A DNA stretch of 42,714 nt. Origin: a virus (taxonomy: Duplodnaviria; Caudoviricetes). The translations under genes and the position numbers were made by a program. Where the stretch lies: the IMG/VR virus record IMGVR_UViG_3300025390_000015, positions 1 through 42,714 of that record; one strand, given 5' to 3'. How positions within the stretch are numbered: the stretch's first letter is position 1; each line of letters starts with the position of its first letter. This document shows, piece after piece, positions 18,812 to 26,215 of this stretch. The notes under the pieces were generated by a model. That model was not told the DNA's origin. It did no database searches and saw only the letters and a list, made by a program, of their open reading frames with translations.

Positions 18812-19474
18812 TTAAAAAGCTCCGCCACCGATGCCGGTAGTAGCCGTTAAAATTAGGCTAGAAAATCCGCCTGTTGATGGGTTGTATTGCAATTTAGTAG
18901 ACGAGGTGTACTCGGTTGTCACATTGCCGCTTGTAGCGCTTACAAACACAGGATACCTCGTTGCGTTTGTGGTTGTATCATCTTGCAACGTCACATTACC
19001 ACCAGGCGCACCTTGTGGAATACCAAAATTAAAAATTGCGTTGGATGTTGTACCCACATTCGTCACAGTGGGTGTTGCGCCGTAAGGCAATGTGGTTGCT
19101 GTTCCAGCTGTTAGCGTTGCTGCAGCACCAGTAGCGCCGGTGTCGCCTTTAGGCCCTTGTGGTCCAATCACATAACCGGCATCTGTCATAGCGCCAGTTG
19201 AATTGGTCAAAATTAAGTGGCCTGCACCGTTTACAGTTGCAGCAATATAGCCAGGAATTGGGCCAGCAGATGATGTTGTGCCATCGCTGTAGTAAAACAC
19301 CAAGTAATTACTTGAATTAAACGCAACATTCGTGATCAACTTTCCCGGCGAAATTGCGTTGGCAATTTGGCTGATTTGGACCTGCTTAGTAACGCCGCCT
19401 TGGACAATGACTGTTTGTTCATTGCCCGTAACGGTCTGTGCAACAGGAAGTTGGGTTATCGACTGATCAGCCAT
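18812..19474 (-). CDS. Fibre protein with a short collagen-like segment
   Basis: GPQGPKGDTGATGAA and FNFGIPQG; ends IGGGAF. Confidence 0.75.
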   Translation of the reverse strand: MADQSITQLPVAQTVTGNEQTVIVQGGVTKQVQISQIANAISPGKLITNVAFNSSNYLVFYYSDGTTSSAGPIPGYIAATVNGAGHLILTNSTGAMTDAGYVIGPQGPKGDTGATGAAATLTAGTATTLPYGATPTVTNVGTTSNAIFNFGIPQGAPGGNVTLQDDTTTNATRYPVFVSATSGNVTTEYTSSTKLQYNPSTGGFSSLILTATTGIGGGAF

Positions 19475-20080
19475 TTAATTATATGTGAACCCGCCGTTGA
19501 AGGTTGCAGTATTAAAAGAGGTTGTCACAGTCACGTTAACAGGACCCGTCACAGCATAAGCTGGCGTAACGGCTGTTATTGTGGTCGAATTCAAAATATT
19601 AAAACTTGCGGCATGTGTTCCACCAAACGCCACATTCGTAGTATTGGTAAAATTGTTGCCTTGGATTGTTACGTTTGTACCGCCCGACTTTGTGCCATTG
19701 TTAGGTGTCACAGAGTAAATAATTGCAGCCAAAGAGTTGTTTGATACCGCAGTGCTGTTGTAATTCAAGTCGCCCTGAGTATTGCCACTTGGAACGCCTT
19801 CAATAAAGATTGCGTTATTACCATACCCGTCTGTAGTTAAGATCTCGTTGGCAGTCAACGCAATATTAACATCAGGACGAGGAAACCGAAGCGCAATGTT
19901 TTCAGTTTGACGAGCAGGTAAGCGCCAAGGGTCAAACTTATCTAAATCATCCTTGCATACCCGCATCCCAGGAAAGTTGGGATCTGGCATTAAATCTACA
20001 TAGGCGAACTTACGGTTACACCTATCACAAATTGCGATAGATAAAACCGAGTTTGCGCGGGTATCAAGGTAGACAGGCAT
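19475..20080 (-). CDS. Cys-motif protein fused to an IPT/TIG Ig-like domain
   Basis: CDRC...VC..D.D.FDP N-terminus; C-terminal SVTPNNG...GGTNVTIQGNNF...V.FG...ITAVTP...FTY is the IPT/TIG pattern. Confidence 0.75.
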   Translation of the reverse strand: MPVYLDTRANSVLSIAICDRCNRKFAYVDLMPDPNFPGMRVCKDDLDKFDPWRLPARQTENIALRFPRPDVNIALTANEILTTDGYGNNAIFIEGVPSGNTQGDLNYNSTAVSNNSLAAIIYSVTPNNGTKSGGTNVTIQGNNFTNTTNVAFGGTHAASFNILNSTTITAVTPAYAVTGPVNVTVTTSFNTATFNGGFTYN

Positions 20081-20089
20081 TTAAGTGCC

Positions 20090-20887
20090 TTACGCTGTTT
20101 GACCGTCGAGCTTAATCAACTTACCAGTTACAATAACACCAGCCGCAACAGTGCCTGTGCTTGCAGAAAGTTGCCATTGAATATCGGTTTTTTGCGTATA
20201 CGCAAAAGGATCCGATGCGCGGTTGGCTGAGTACAAGGAGACAAAAGGTTGTTGTAACACAGTCAATTGAACACCGGTCACGTTGTTTAACGCTTGAACA
20301 CGATACGTAATAATCACACTGCCAGTGTAGCTATTAGAAGTATTGACTTCTGCTAAATCTAAATAGAAAGTATAACCATTTGGCACAGTAAAAACTGTGC
20401 TTTGTGATTTACCAACGCCAGCGTTAATTTGAGCCAAAGTATTAGTGCTTTGCTTGATGGTAATAGTACCAACATTTGTAACTTGGCTAGTGCCTGGAGA
20501 TGCCATAACCAAACCATTAACACGCAAATAACTATTAACCGTAGTGACACCCGTAGTGCCATTCAAAAACAACGTTTCTGAAATGGGGTTAAAATTAGCA
20601 TCCAAACCACTAATAAGGACCGATGCGCTGGTATTATCCGACGTAGAATTACTAACTAGAGTCAGGGTAGATGCTGATGTGGGAAAAGTGTAAGTTGAAG
20701 CATTTTCCCAAATTGGAATTGGGGTTGTGCCAACGGACGCTTGATAACCAAAAATGCTAACAGTTTGATGACCAGCAATTTGGTTACGAGCAACTTGTAA
20801 ATCAAACGGCTCATATGCACCCTGCATGGTAACAGAGGGCATAATTGAAGGATGCTGTTGGAGATTTGAGACGAGATTCGATGCCAT
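20090..20887 (-). CDS. Putative virion structural protein
   Basis: 265 aa, beta-rich, AAGGA RBS, in the structural operon. Confidence 0.7.
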   Translation of the reverse strand: MASNLVSNLQQHPSIMPSVTMQGAYEPFDLQVARNQIAGHQTVSIFGYQASVGTTPIPIWENASTYTFPTSASTLTLVSNSTSDNTSASVLISGLDANFNPISETLFLNGTTGVTTVNSYLRVNGLVMASPGTSQVTNVGTITIKQSTNTLAQINAGVGKSQSTVFTVPNGYTFYLDLAEVNTSNSYTGSVIITYRVQALNNVTGVQLTVLQQPFVSLYSANRASDPFAYTQKTDIQWQLSASTGTVAAGVIVTGKLIKLDGQTA

Positions 20888-20911
20888 AATTAATTCCTTA
20901 TAAGTTAAATC

Positions 20912-20928
20912 GGGGGCACTAGGCCCCC
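20912..20928 (-). terminator. GC hairpin (weak terminator or RNA stability element)
   Basis: GGGGGC/GCCCCC stem with a 5-nt loop, intergenic; poor U-tract. Confidence 0.45.
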
Positions 20929-20939
20929 AAGGTAATTAA

Positions 20940-21470
20940 TTATTGGTTGGTATAACCTTGGCCCACGTTAGTGACCGAACCGTCAAAGTTACGAGCAGAA
21001 TAGCTAACATCAAACATGCCAGCCAAAGTTCCGGTCACGCCAGAAGTAGTGCCAACAGTGAAGGTAACTTGAACGTCGCTAGTGCCCACGTTGGCCAACA
21101 ATGCTGCAACAGCTGCAGTAGCAGTGAAAGCAATAGAAATCACGCCGCCAGTGGTGGTGGGGGTAATAGTACCAACGGAAGTGCCGTTAACAGCAACAGT
21201 AATAACCATGCCAGTAAAAGCCGAGGGAGCGGTGGTTTCAAACAAGCGCACGTTGGTGATAGCAGCGCCAGCGGGGATCCACACGGGATCTTGGGTAATA
21301 GAAGAGCTGCCCGTGCCGTAGGTGGTGATAGCACCAGCTGCGTTAACACCAGAGAAGGTGACTTGTTGGCTGACAGACACTACGCCAGTGTTGTCGGGAG
21401 CGATGACGCCGTTGTTCGTGGGGTTGTTATATTTGTAGACACGAATCGGCTGATTGAAAGTAACTGACAT
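20940..21470 (-). CDS. Putative capsid decoration/structural protein
   Basis: 176 aa, T/V/G/A-rich, IPAGAAI motif; has its own promoter and structured leader. Confidence 0.7.
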   Translation of the reverse strand: MSVTFNQPIRVYKYNNPTNNGVIAPDNTGVVSVSQQVTFSGVNAAGAITTYGTGSSSITQDPVWIPAGAAITNVRLFETTAPSAFTGMVITVAVNGTSVGTITPTTTGGVISIAFTATAAVAALLANVGTSDVQVTFTVGTTSGVTGTLAGMFDVSYSARNFDGSVTNVGQGYTNQ

Positions 21471-21479
21471 GGGTTTTAT

Positions 21480-21552
21480 TCCTATCTAGAGTTTATAGCC
21501 CCACTCAGTCGCTAGATCGTCTACTGGGAAGCTCAGTAGTCTGTTGGGGGCA
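21480..21552 (-). ncRNA. Structured leader RNA with pseudoknot (possibly the Mu-gpT-DE motif)
   Basis: GCCCC/GGGGC plus CAG/CTG outer stem, CTACTG/CAGTAG hairpin, and ATCTAG/CTAGAT pseudoknot abutting the AGGA RBS. Confidence 0.55.
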
Positions 21553-21560
21553 AAATCTTC

Positions 21561-21598
21561 CTATAACTACTAATGCAGAAATTACGCATTAAATGCCC
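21561..21598 (-). promoter_or_regulatory. Putative phage late promoter, copy 2
   Basis: GGGC-N17-TGCATTAGTAGTTATAG. Confidence 0.75.
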
Positions 21599-22056
21599 CA
21601 AATATCATACTTGTTTGACTTCTTTATGTTCTCTGCACCTGGTATTACTTGCAAGTTTTCTGGCACATGCAAACCAGACACATTACGGCCCTGTAACGGA
21701 ATGATGTGATCAACGTGCCAAGGAAACCCAAGCAACTCGGTGCGCCTTTGCGCTAAATGATAGTATTCTTCTATTAACCACAACCCTTCGCTGGTTAGCC
21801 AGCATGGTGTGCGTTGCAGCTTGGCTGCGCGGCGTTTTGCTTCTAATGCGGCCCGTTTATCTGGATTTCTAGCAAAATATTCTCGGTTTCTTGCATTGTG
21901 GTTTTCGCGGTCTTTTTCTCTGTTTTTTCTATGGTGTTCATGCCGTTTTTCAGGATTAGCCAAAGCCCATTCACGAGAACGTTGTTTGGTAAGTTCCTTA
22001 TTACGTTCGTACCACTCCTTGCGAAGTCGTTTGGCGTTTTCTTCGTCTCTTGGCAT
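21589..22056 (-). CDS. HNH homing endonuclease
   Basis: WHVDHIIPLQG...GLHVPENLQVI...N..K.N; start reassigned to ATG 22056 (MPRDEE). Confidence 0.9.
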   Translation of the reverse strand: MPRDEENAKRLRKEWYERNKELTKQRSREWALANPEKRHEHHRKNREKDRENHNARNREYFARNPDKRAALEAKRRAAKLQRTPCWLTSEGLWLIEEYYHLAQRRTELLGFPWHVDHIIPLQGRNVSGLHVPENLQVIPGAENIKKSNKYDIWGI

Positions 22057-22089
22057 AAAAAAGGCTCCCAACCTTTTGAGTTGGGAGCC
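22057..22089 (-). terminator. Rho-independent terminator after the capsid gene
   Basis: GGCTCCCAAC-7 nt-GTTGGGAGCC, a 10-bp perfect stem followed by TTTTTT. Confidence 0.85.
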
Positions 22090-22098
22090 AGTATAGCA
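22090..22098 (-). promoter_or_regulatory. Putative extended -10 promoter (TGcTATACT) for the HNH gene
   Basis: TGn-TATACT directly upstream of the hairpin; no clear -35. Confidence 0.45.
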
Positions 22099-22113
22099 GA
22101 TTAATCGGTTAGA

Positions 22114-23031
22114 TTACAGACCTGCAGTGCCATAAATATTTCTGGCATCGTGCCATCCGGTTGCATAACGTTCGGTGGCTTTGTAGCGCATCGAATCAGT
22201 CTCAAAGTCTCCCTCCATCGATTTTTCCATAGGACGGCGCATAACGAGCATCAAGCCGTTTTCAGCGTCGGTCTGGATCCACCATGCTTTAGAAGAGCTC
22301 AAACGAGTAACCACATGAGCGCCCTTTGGCAACATGCCGGTGGACTTGATGGGGTTCAGATCGTTATCAGCAGTGCCGGAACGCAGAACAGACTTCAAGA
22401 TAACTTCCGATTGGAATTCCAAAGCGGGAGGAACCACGAGTTGTTCAGCTTTCAGACGGATACGCTTGCCGTTATTGTCAACAGCGCTGCGGATTTGAAT
22501 CAACAACTGTTCAACAGAAGTTTGGCTCAAAGAAGCTGCAGTAGACAATTGGTTCGAGTAAGAACCGCCGTTAGCGATGGGGTGAGCGCTATTGATCAAA
22601 GTAACGCCGTCGCCGCCGATGTAACCGCTGGTGAACGCAAAGTTCAACAAGTTGGCGCACAAGGTTTCCTTGGTTTCAATCATGGATTGAGCCAAGTGTT
22701 TAGCGAAGGTGCTGCCGATACGGATATGGTCGCCGTCTTCCATCAAAACTTTGGTCAAGGCATATGCCAAGCCATAGATTTGGTAGATGAAACGGGTGAT
22801 ATACAGCGTACCGCCTTGATCGTACGACACTGGAGTGCCGTCGGGCATTGCGGGAGCTGCATTCATACCGTACAACATCACTTCTTCGTGATAGTTACGG
22901 GGAATACCTTGGATTTGTTCAACAAATCCTTTCCATTCATCGTCACGTTGCTCGTAAACACCGTCAAAGACTTCGTTGATAATCGGTTCGACTACCGCAC
23001 GAAAGTCCGTACTACGCATTGGGGTTGCCAT
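22114..23031 (-). CDS. Major capsid protein (Mu gpT-like, HK97 fold)
   Basis: 305 aa; GGDGVTL...HP, LVVPPALE and DFETDSMRYKATERY.GW.D.R motifs; AAAGGAG RBS; followed by a terminator. Confidence 0.9.
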   Translation of the reverse strand: MATPMRSTDFRAVVEPIINEVFDGVYEQRDDEWKGFVEQIQGIPRNYHEEVMLYGMNAAPAMPDGTPVSYDQGGTLYITRFIYQIYGLAYALTKVLMEDGDHIRIGSTFAKHLAQSMIETKETLCANLLNFAFTSGYIGGDGVTLINSAHPIANGGSYSNQLSTAASLSQTSVEQLLIQIRSAVDNNGKRIRLKAEQLVVPPALEFQSEVILKSVLRSGTADNDLNPIKSTGMLPKGAHVVTRLSSSKAWWIQTDAENGLMLVMRRPMEKSMEGDFETDSMRYKATERYATGWHDARNIYGTAGL

Positions 23032-23055
23032 AGCTTATCTCCTTTCGTTAATTAA

Positions 23056-23727
23056 TTAAACCGATACCGAAGCGGCAGCGAATTGGTTGTTGCAGATTTG
23101 GACTTGCACGATAGTGTAAGCGTCACCCCAAGCGTTGTTATAACCGCCAGGATAAGCCACTTCACGACCCAAGCCAACCACGCGAACTTGACCTTGGTTG
23201 CCGGTACCGACAGAGGTAGCCAACAAAGCAGTGGTCGAGAAGCCAGCGCCGCCGTTACCGATGGAATAACCGTCAGTCACAGTAGAACCAGTGGCGGTGT
23301 CAAAATTGTACTCAGTACCAATAGCTGCAGTAGTAGCAGAACCGTTAACTTGAGCTTCATACACCAATGCGGGATCAGAGAAGATCCAGAACAAGATATT
23401 GGTAGAAGCGTCCAAGGTGGTTTTGGAAGCATACTTAGCCACGGAACGACGGCCATCAGAGTTGGTGTACTCGACGCCATCAAACACACCGAACACTTTA
23501 CCGGAGCCAGAGCCCGAAGCGTTTTGTGCGGCGATAGTCAATTGACCAGTGGTCGTAATGGCCACGGGTTGGAATTGAAAGAAAGATTGGCCAGAAGACA
23601 GCGAGTAAGGGGCGGTATAGGTAACGCCAGCATTGTAGGTATTAGTACCTGCAAATGCGGTAGCGCGATCCAAACCACTTGGATGGTACACTGGCTTCAG
23701 ACCAAAGGGTTGAAATACTGTAGACAT
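23056..23727 (-). CDS. Capsid-associated (cement/decoration-like) protein
   Basis: PFGLKP, GVF.GVEY and DP.LVYEAQ motifs; immediately upstream of the capsid gene. Confidence 0.7.
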   Translation of the reverse strand: MSTVFQPFGLKPVYHPSGLDRATAFAGTNTYNAGVTYTAPYSLSSGQSFFQFQPVAITTTGQLTIAAQNASGSGSGKVFGVFDGVEYTNSDGRRSVAKYASKTTLDASTNILFWIFSDPALVYEAQVNGSATTAAIGTEYNFDTATGSTVTDGYSIGNGGAGFSTTALLATSVGTGNQGQVRVVGLGREVAYPGGYNNAWGDAYTIVQVQICNNQFAAASVSV

Positions 23728-23755
23728 ATTTTTCCTTTGTTATTTTTGAAGTTTG

Positions 23756-24307
23756 TTAATCGAAACGAACGTTCATACCGTTCGCTCGTTTGGTTTCCTT
23801 TTCCATTTCCAGAACACCGCCTTCAAGAATTGAGCGCCCGCCTTTTCCAGCCTCTGCAGCGCCACGGACTTGGTCCATAATGCTACGTTGGTGTTGAAGC
23901 GGATCTTCCAAGTGGAACATTTTCATCACTTCTTGATAGATGTCTTCTGGTAATTTAAATAAAACCATTTCGTTACAGCTAACACAGCCTTCAAACTTGC
24001 CCGAGCTCATCTTACCTAGCGATTCAAAGCCAACTCCGAGTTCTGCGGCTTTCACTGGTTCATAACCCAACGCCATGCGTTTGTCGATACTGTCATATGT
24101 GTTGGTTGTTGACAACCAGCACAAGTGCATTCCGGGGATTAATCCCTTTGGAATGTCTGGCAAAGCAGAGTTTTGCCATTTATCTCGGAACGCTTCGAGG
24201 CGTTCCCGTTTAGATAACTCTTCAGGATTTTCGGTACGTTCACGGGCTTCATGCGCTCGTACAATCAAACGATCATCCACATCTCGTGTAATTCTTGAAT
24301 TAGACAT
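23756..24307 (-). CDS. Phage head-module protein
   Basis: 183 aa; PGMHLCWLS, GYEPVK and MVLFKLP motifs; AGGAG RBS. Confidence 0.75.
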   Translation of the reverse strand: MSNSRITRDVDDRLIVRAHEARERTENPEELSKRERLEAFRDKWQNSALPDIPKGLIPGMHLCWLSTTNTYDSIDKRMALGYEPVKAAELGVGFESLGKMSSGKFEGCVSCNEMVLFKLPEDIYQEVMKMFHLEDPLQHQRSIMDQVRGAAEAGKGGRSILEGGVLEMEKETKRANGMNVRFD

Positions 24308-24318
24308 TTTATTTCTCC

Positions 24319-25290
24319 TTATGCGTTACGGTTTTCACGGTCAAATTTGGCGTAGGCTTTAATCATTCGAGCCCGTGCTGCTGGATTATCCCAAGCACCG
24401 GCATCTTTGATTGCCTGAACACGATCACGACTCAACGTGATGGTGTTTGCTGACTTCACACTAGGGCTGGCAGTTCTGCCATTAGCCTGTGGGCCAGCAT
24501 TACGCTGTTGTCCCGTTTTACCTGCATAACGATGCGGCAAACGTGCCTTCAAACGATTATCTAACTCATCCCAATACTCAGAGTCAGACGGATCCCATCC
24601 ATCTGCTGCTAATTCTTGGTCAATAACCTTGGCGATCTTGGAATCAGTATCCTTTGCACCAGGGTCATACCACTTATTTTTGTTTAGCCAAGTTTGTGCG
24701 TTACGCTGTACCTCATCAGACACAGGGTTAGGCACATTTTGTTTGGGCCTTTTAGCTTCTTCCAATTGTTGTTTTTTCAACGCTTGGACTTGGCTCAAAC
24801 GAGTCTTCGCATCTTGCAATTGTTCCAAGTATTGAACTTGGCCAGCTGCATTATTCTGTTGCGAGGCCTCTAACAGTTTCATTTTGGCATATTCAACACG
24901 AGTTGCCTCGTCTTCAATCGCCTTATCCACTTGAGCAAACTGGTAAGATGCTGCAGTGTTCTCCACCGCCGCTACTCGCCTAGCCAACTCTTCATTACGT
25001 CGCTCTAGCGCCGCAATTTTATTCTTTGCTGAAATTTCACGCTGGCGAGCCAGCTCTTTTTTCAGATTTCGTTCTTTACGACGGGCTTCGCGGATTTTGT
25101 CACGCTTATCGCCACTATCGTCGTCCGATTCTTCGTCTGCATGGGCCTCTTCTTCATGATGCTCTTCTTCCTCGGCATCTTCTTCGGCTTTTTCTTCTAA
25201 TTCAAGCTCTTCTTCAGCCTCAATAGCAGCAACAGCAGAACCGTCTTCTTTTTCCTTTACAGGAAAGATCTTTTCATCTTTTTCTGACAT
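24319..25290 (-). CDS. Putative scaffolding protein
   Basis: Acidic N-terminus, long coiled coil and W...N.WY motif; lies between portal and capsid genes. Confidence 0.7.
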   Translation of the reverse strand: MSEKDEKIFPVKEKEDGSAVAAIEAEEELELEEKAEEDAEEEEHHEEEAHADEESDDDSGDKRDKIREARRKERNLKKELARQREISAKNKIAALERRNEELARRVAAVENTAASYQFAQVDKAIEDEATRVEYAKMKLLEASQQNNAAGQVQYLEQLQDAKTRLSQVQALKKQQLEEAKRPKQNVPNPVSDEVQRNAQTWLNKNKWYDPGAKDTDSKIAKVIDQELAADGWDPSDSEYWDELDNRLKARLPHRYAGKTGQQRNAGPQANGRTASPSVKSANTITLSRDRVQAIKDAGAWDNPAARARMIKAYAKFDRENRNA

Positions 25291-25307
25291 ACTTTTTCCA
25301 AAGTTAA

Positions 25308-25748
25308 TTAATCAACAAACGCTTTCATGCGTTGGGCAAAATCAAACGAGCGAATCTTGGAGATAATCTCGCGGGCTTGGAGTGTAATAAACACCACAGG
25401 AGCGCCACCGTCATCAGGACTCACAACAAAACGGTCACCACCATATTTAATGGTACGAACCAGATCGCCAACTTGACACCAAGGGCCTTCAGGCCAAGGT
25501 TCCAGCGTGTCGGGGCTCTTATAGGCCAGCGGGCCAATCCCAATCACTTTGGCTACAGTTTCGTTAAACCGCAACGTTTGCTTGGTTTCATCAACCAAGA
25601 TAATTCCACCCTTACTGGCTGTCTTTTCTCGGCGCAATTGCACCAATACTCGGTCACCAAGGATATCAACACCTGGATCTACAATCGGAAAACATTCCAA
25701 CTCAGACCGTGTGTCAGGATCATCCTTTTTGTTATAATCAATTGCCAT
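25308..25748 (-). CDS. groES: GroES-like co-chaperonin
   Basis: LGDRVLV...T.SKGGIIL (mobile loop), VIGIGP, VGD.V...KYGG. Confidence 0.85.
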   Translation of the reverse strand: MAIDYNKKDDPDTRSELECFPIVDPGVDILGDRVLVQLRREKTASKGGIILVDETKQTLRFNETVAKVIGIGPLAYKSPDTLEPWPEGPWCQVGDLVRTIKYGGDRFVVSPDDGGAPVVFITLQAREIISKIRSFDFAQRMKAFVD

Positions 25749-25766
25749 TCGGCAATCCTTTCTAGG

Positions 25767-25958
25767 CTATTCAGCCTCGTCATCCTCCGAAAGTAACTCA
25801 TCAATCAGGAGTAAGGCTTCGGATACGCCCTCTCTTTTTCCTACAAGCTTTTGGTATGAATCAAAGCTATGGATATTAGTACCGGATGCAATAACTTCGA
25901 CTAATTCTTTATCAACTTTTTTAAGTCGATGAATTAATTCTGAAATTAAATCTTTCAT
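25767..25958 (-). CDS. Small phage protein (MKDLISEL...Y..LVG..EG)
   Basis: Probable start ATG 25958; 63 aa, helical. Confidence 0.7.
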   Translation of the reverse strand: MKDLISELIHRLKKVDKELVEVIASGTNIHSFDSYQKLVGKREGVSEALLLIDELLSEDDEAE

Positions 25959-25994
25959 ATTACAACTTATGCATAATATTGGGGCAATATGCCC
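25957..25994 (-). promoter_or_regulatory. Putative late promoter, copy 3 (degenerate)
   Basis: GGGC-N17-TGCATAAGTTGTAATAT; 13/17 match to consensus; overlaps the ATG and a TTGGGGCA/TGCCCCAA hairpin. Confidence 0.6.
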
Positions 25995-26000
25995 CAAATA

Positions 26001-26213
26001 TTAATAAAAGTTACCGTGACCGACTTCTTTAAGGTTTTTATCAGGACCAATTTTTTGTGTTTTGGTCAATTTGGCTTGAGCTGCGCCAATTTTCCAGTTA
26101 TTATCGCGGTGTGAGCCGCTGGGTCCTTGTTCTACCTTTTGATCAGGGCCACCAGCATAGCCGGGGGTGCCAGTCATTTGGTACGATTTGCGAAAACCGA
26201 GGTTCTTGTCCAT
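26001..26213 (-). CDS. Hypothetical protein
   Basis: 70 aa, directly after the portal gene, AGGA RBS. Confidence 0.7.
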   Translation of the reverse strand: MDKNLGFRKSYQMTGTPGYAGGPDQKVEQGPSGSHRDNNWKIGAAQAKLTKTQKIGPDKNLKEVGHGNFY

Positions 26214-26215
26214 TT

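Noticed and set aside
22150-23880. Plus-strand ORFs of 301 and 265 aa
   Set aside because: Antisense shadows of the capsid and adjacent genes, caused by codon bias
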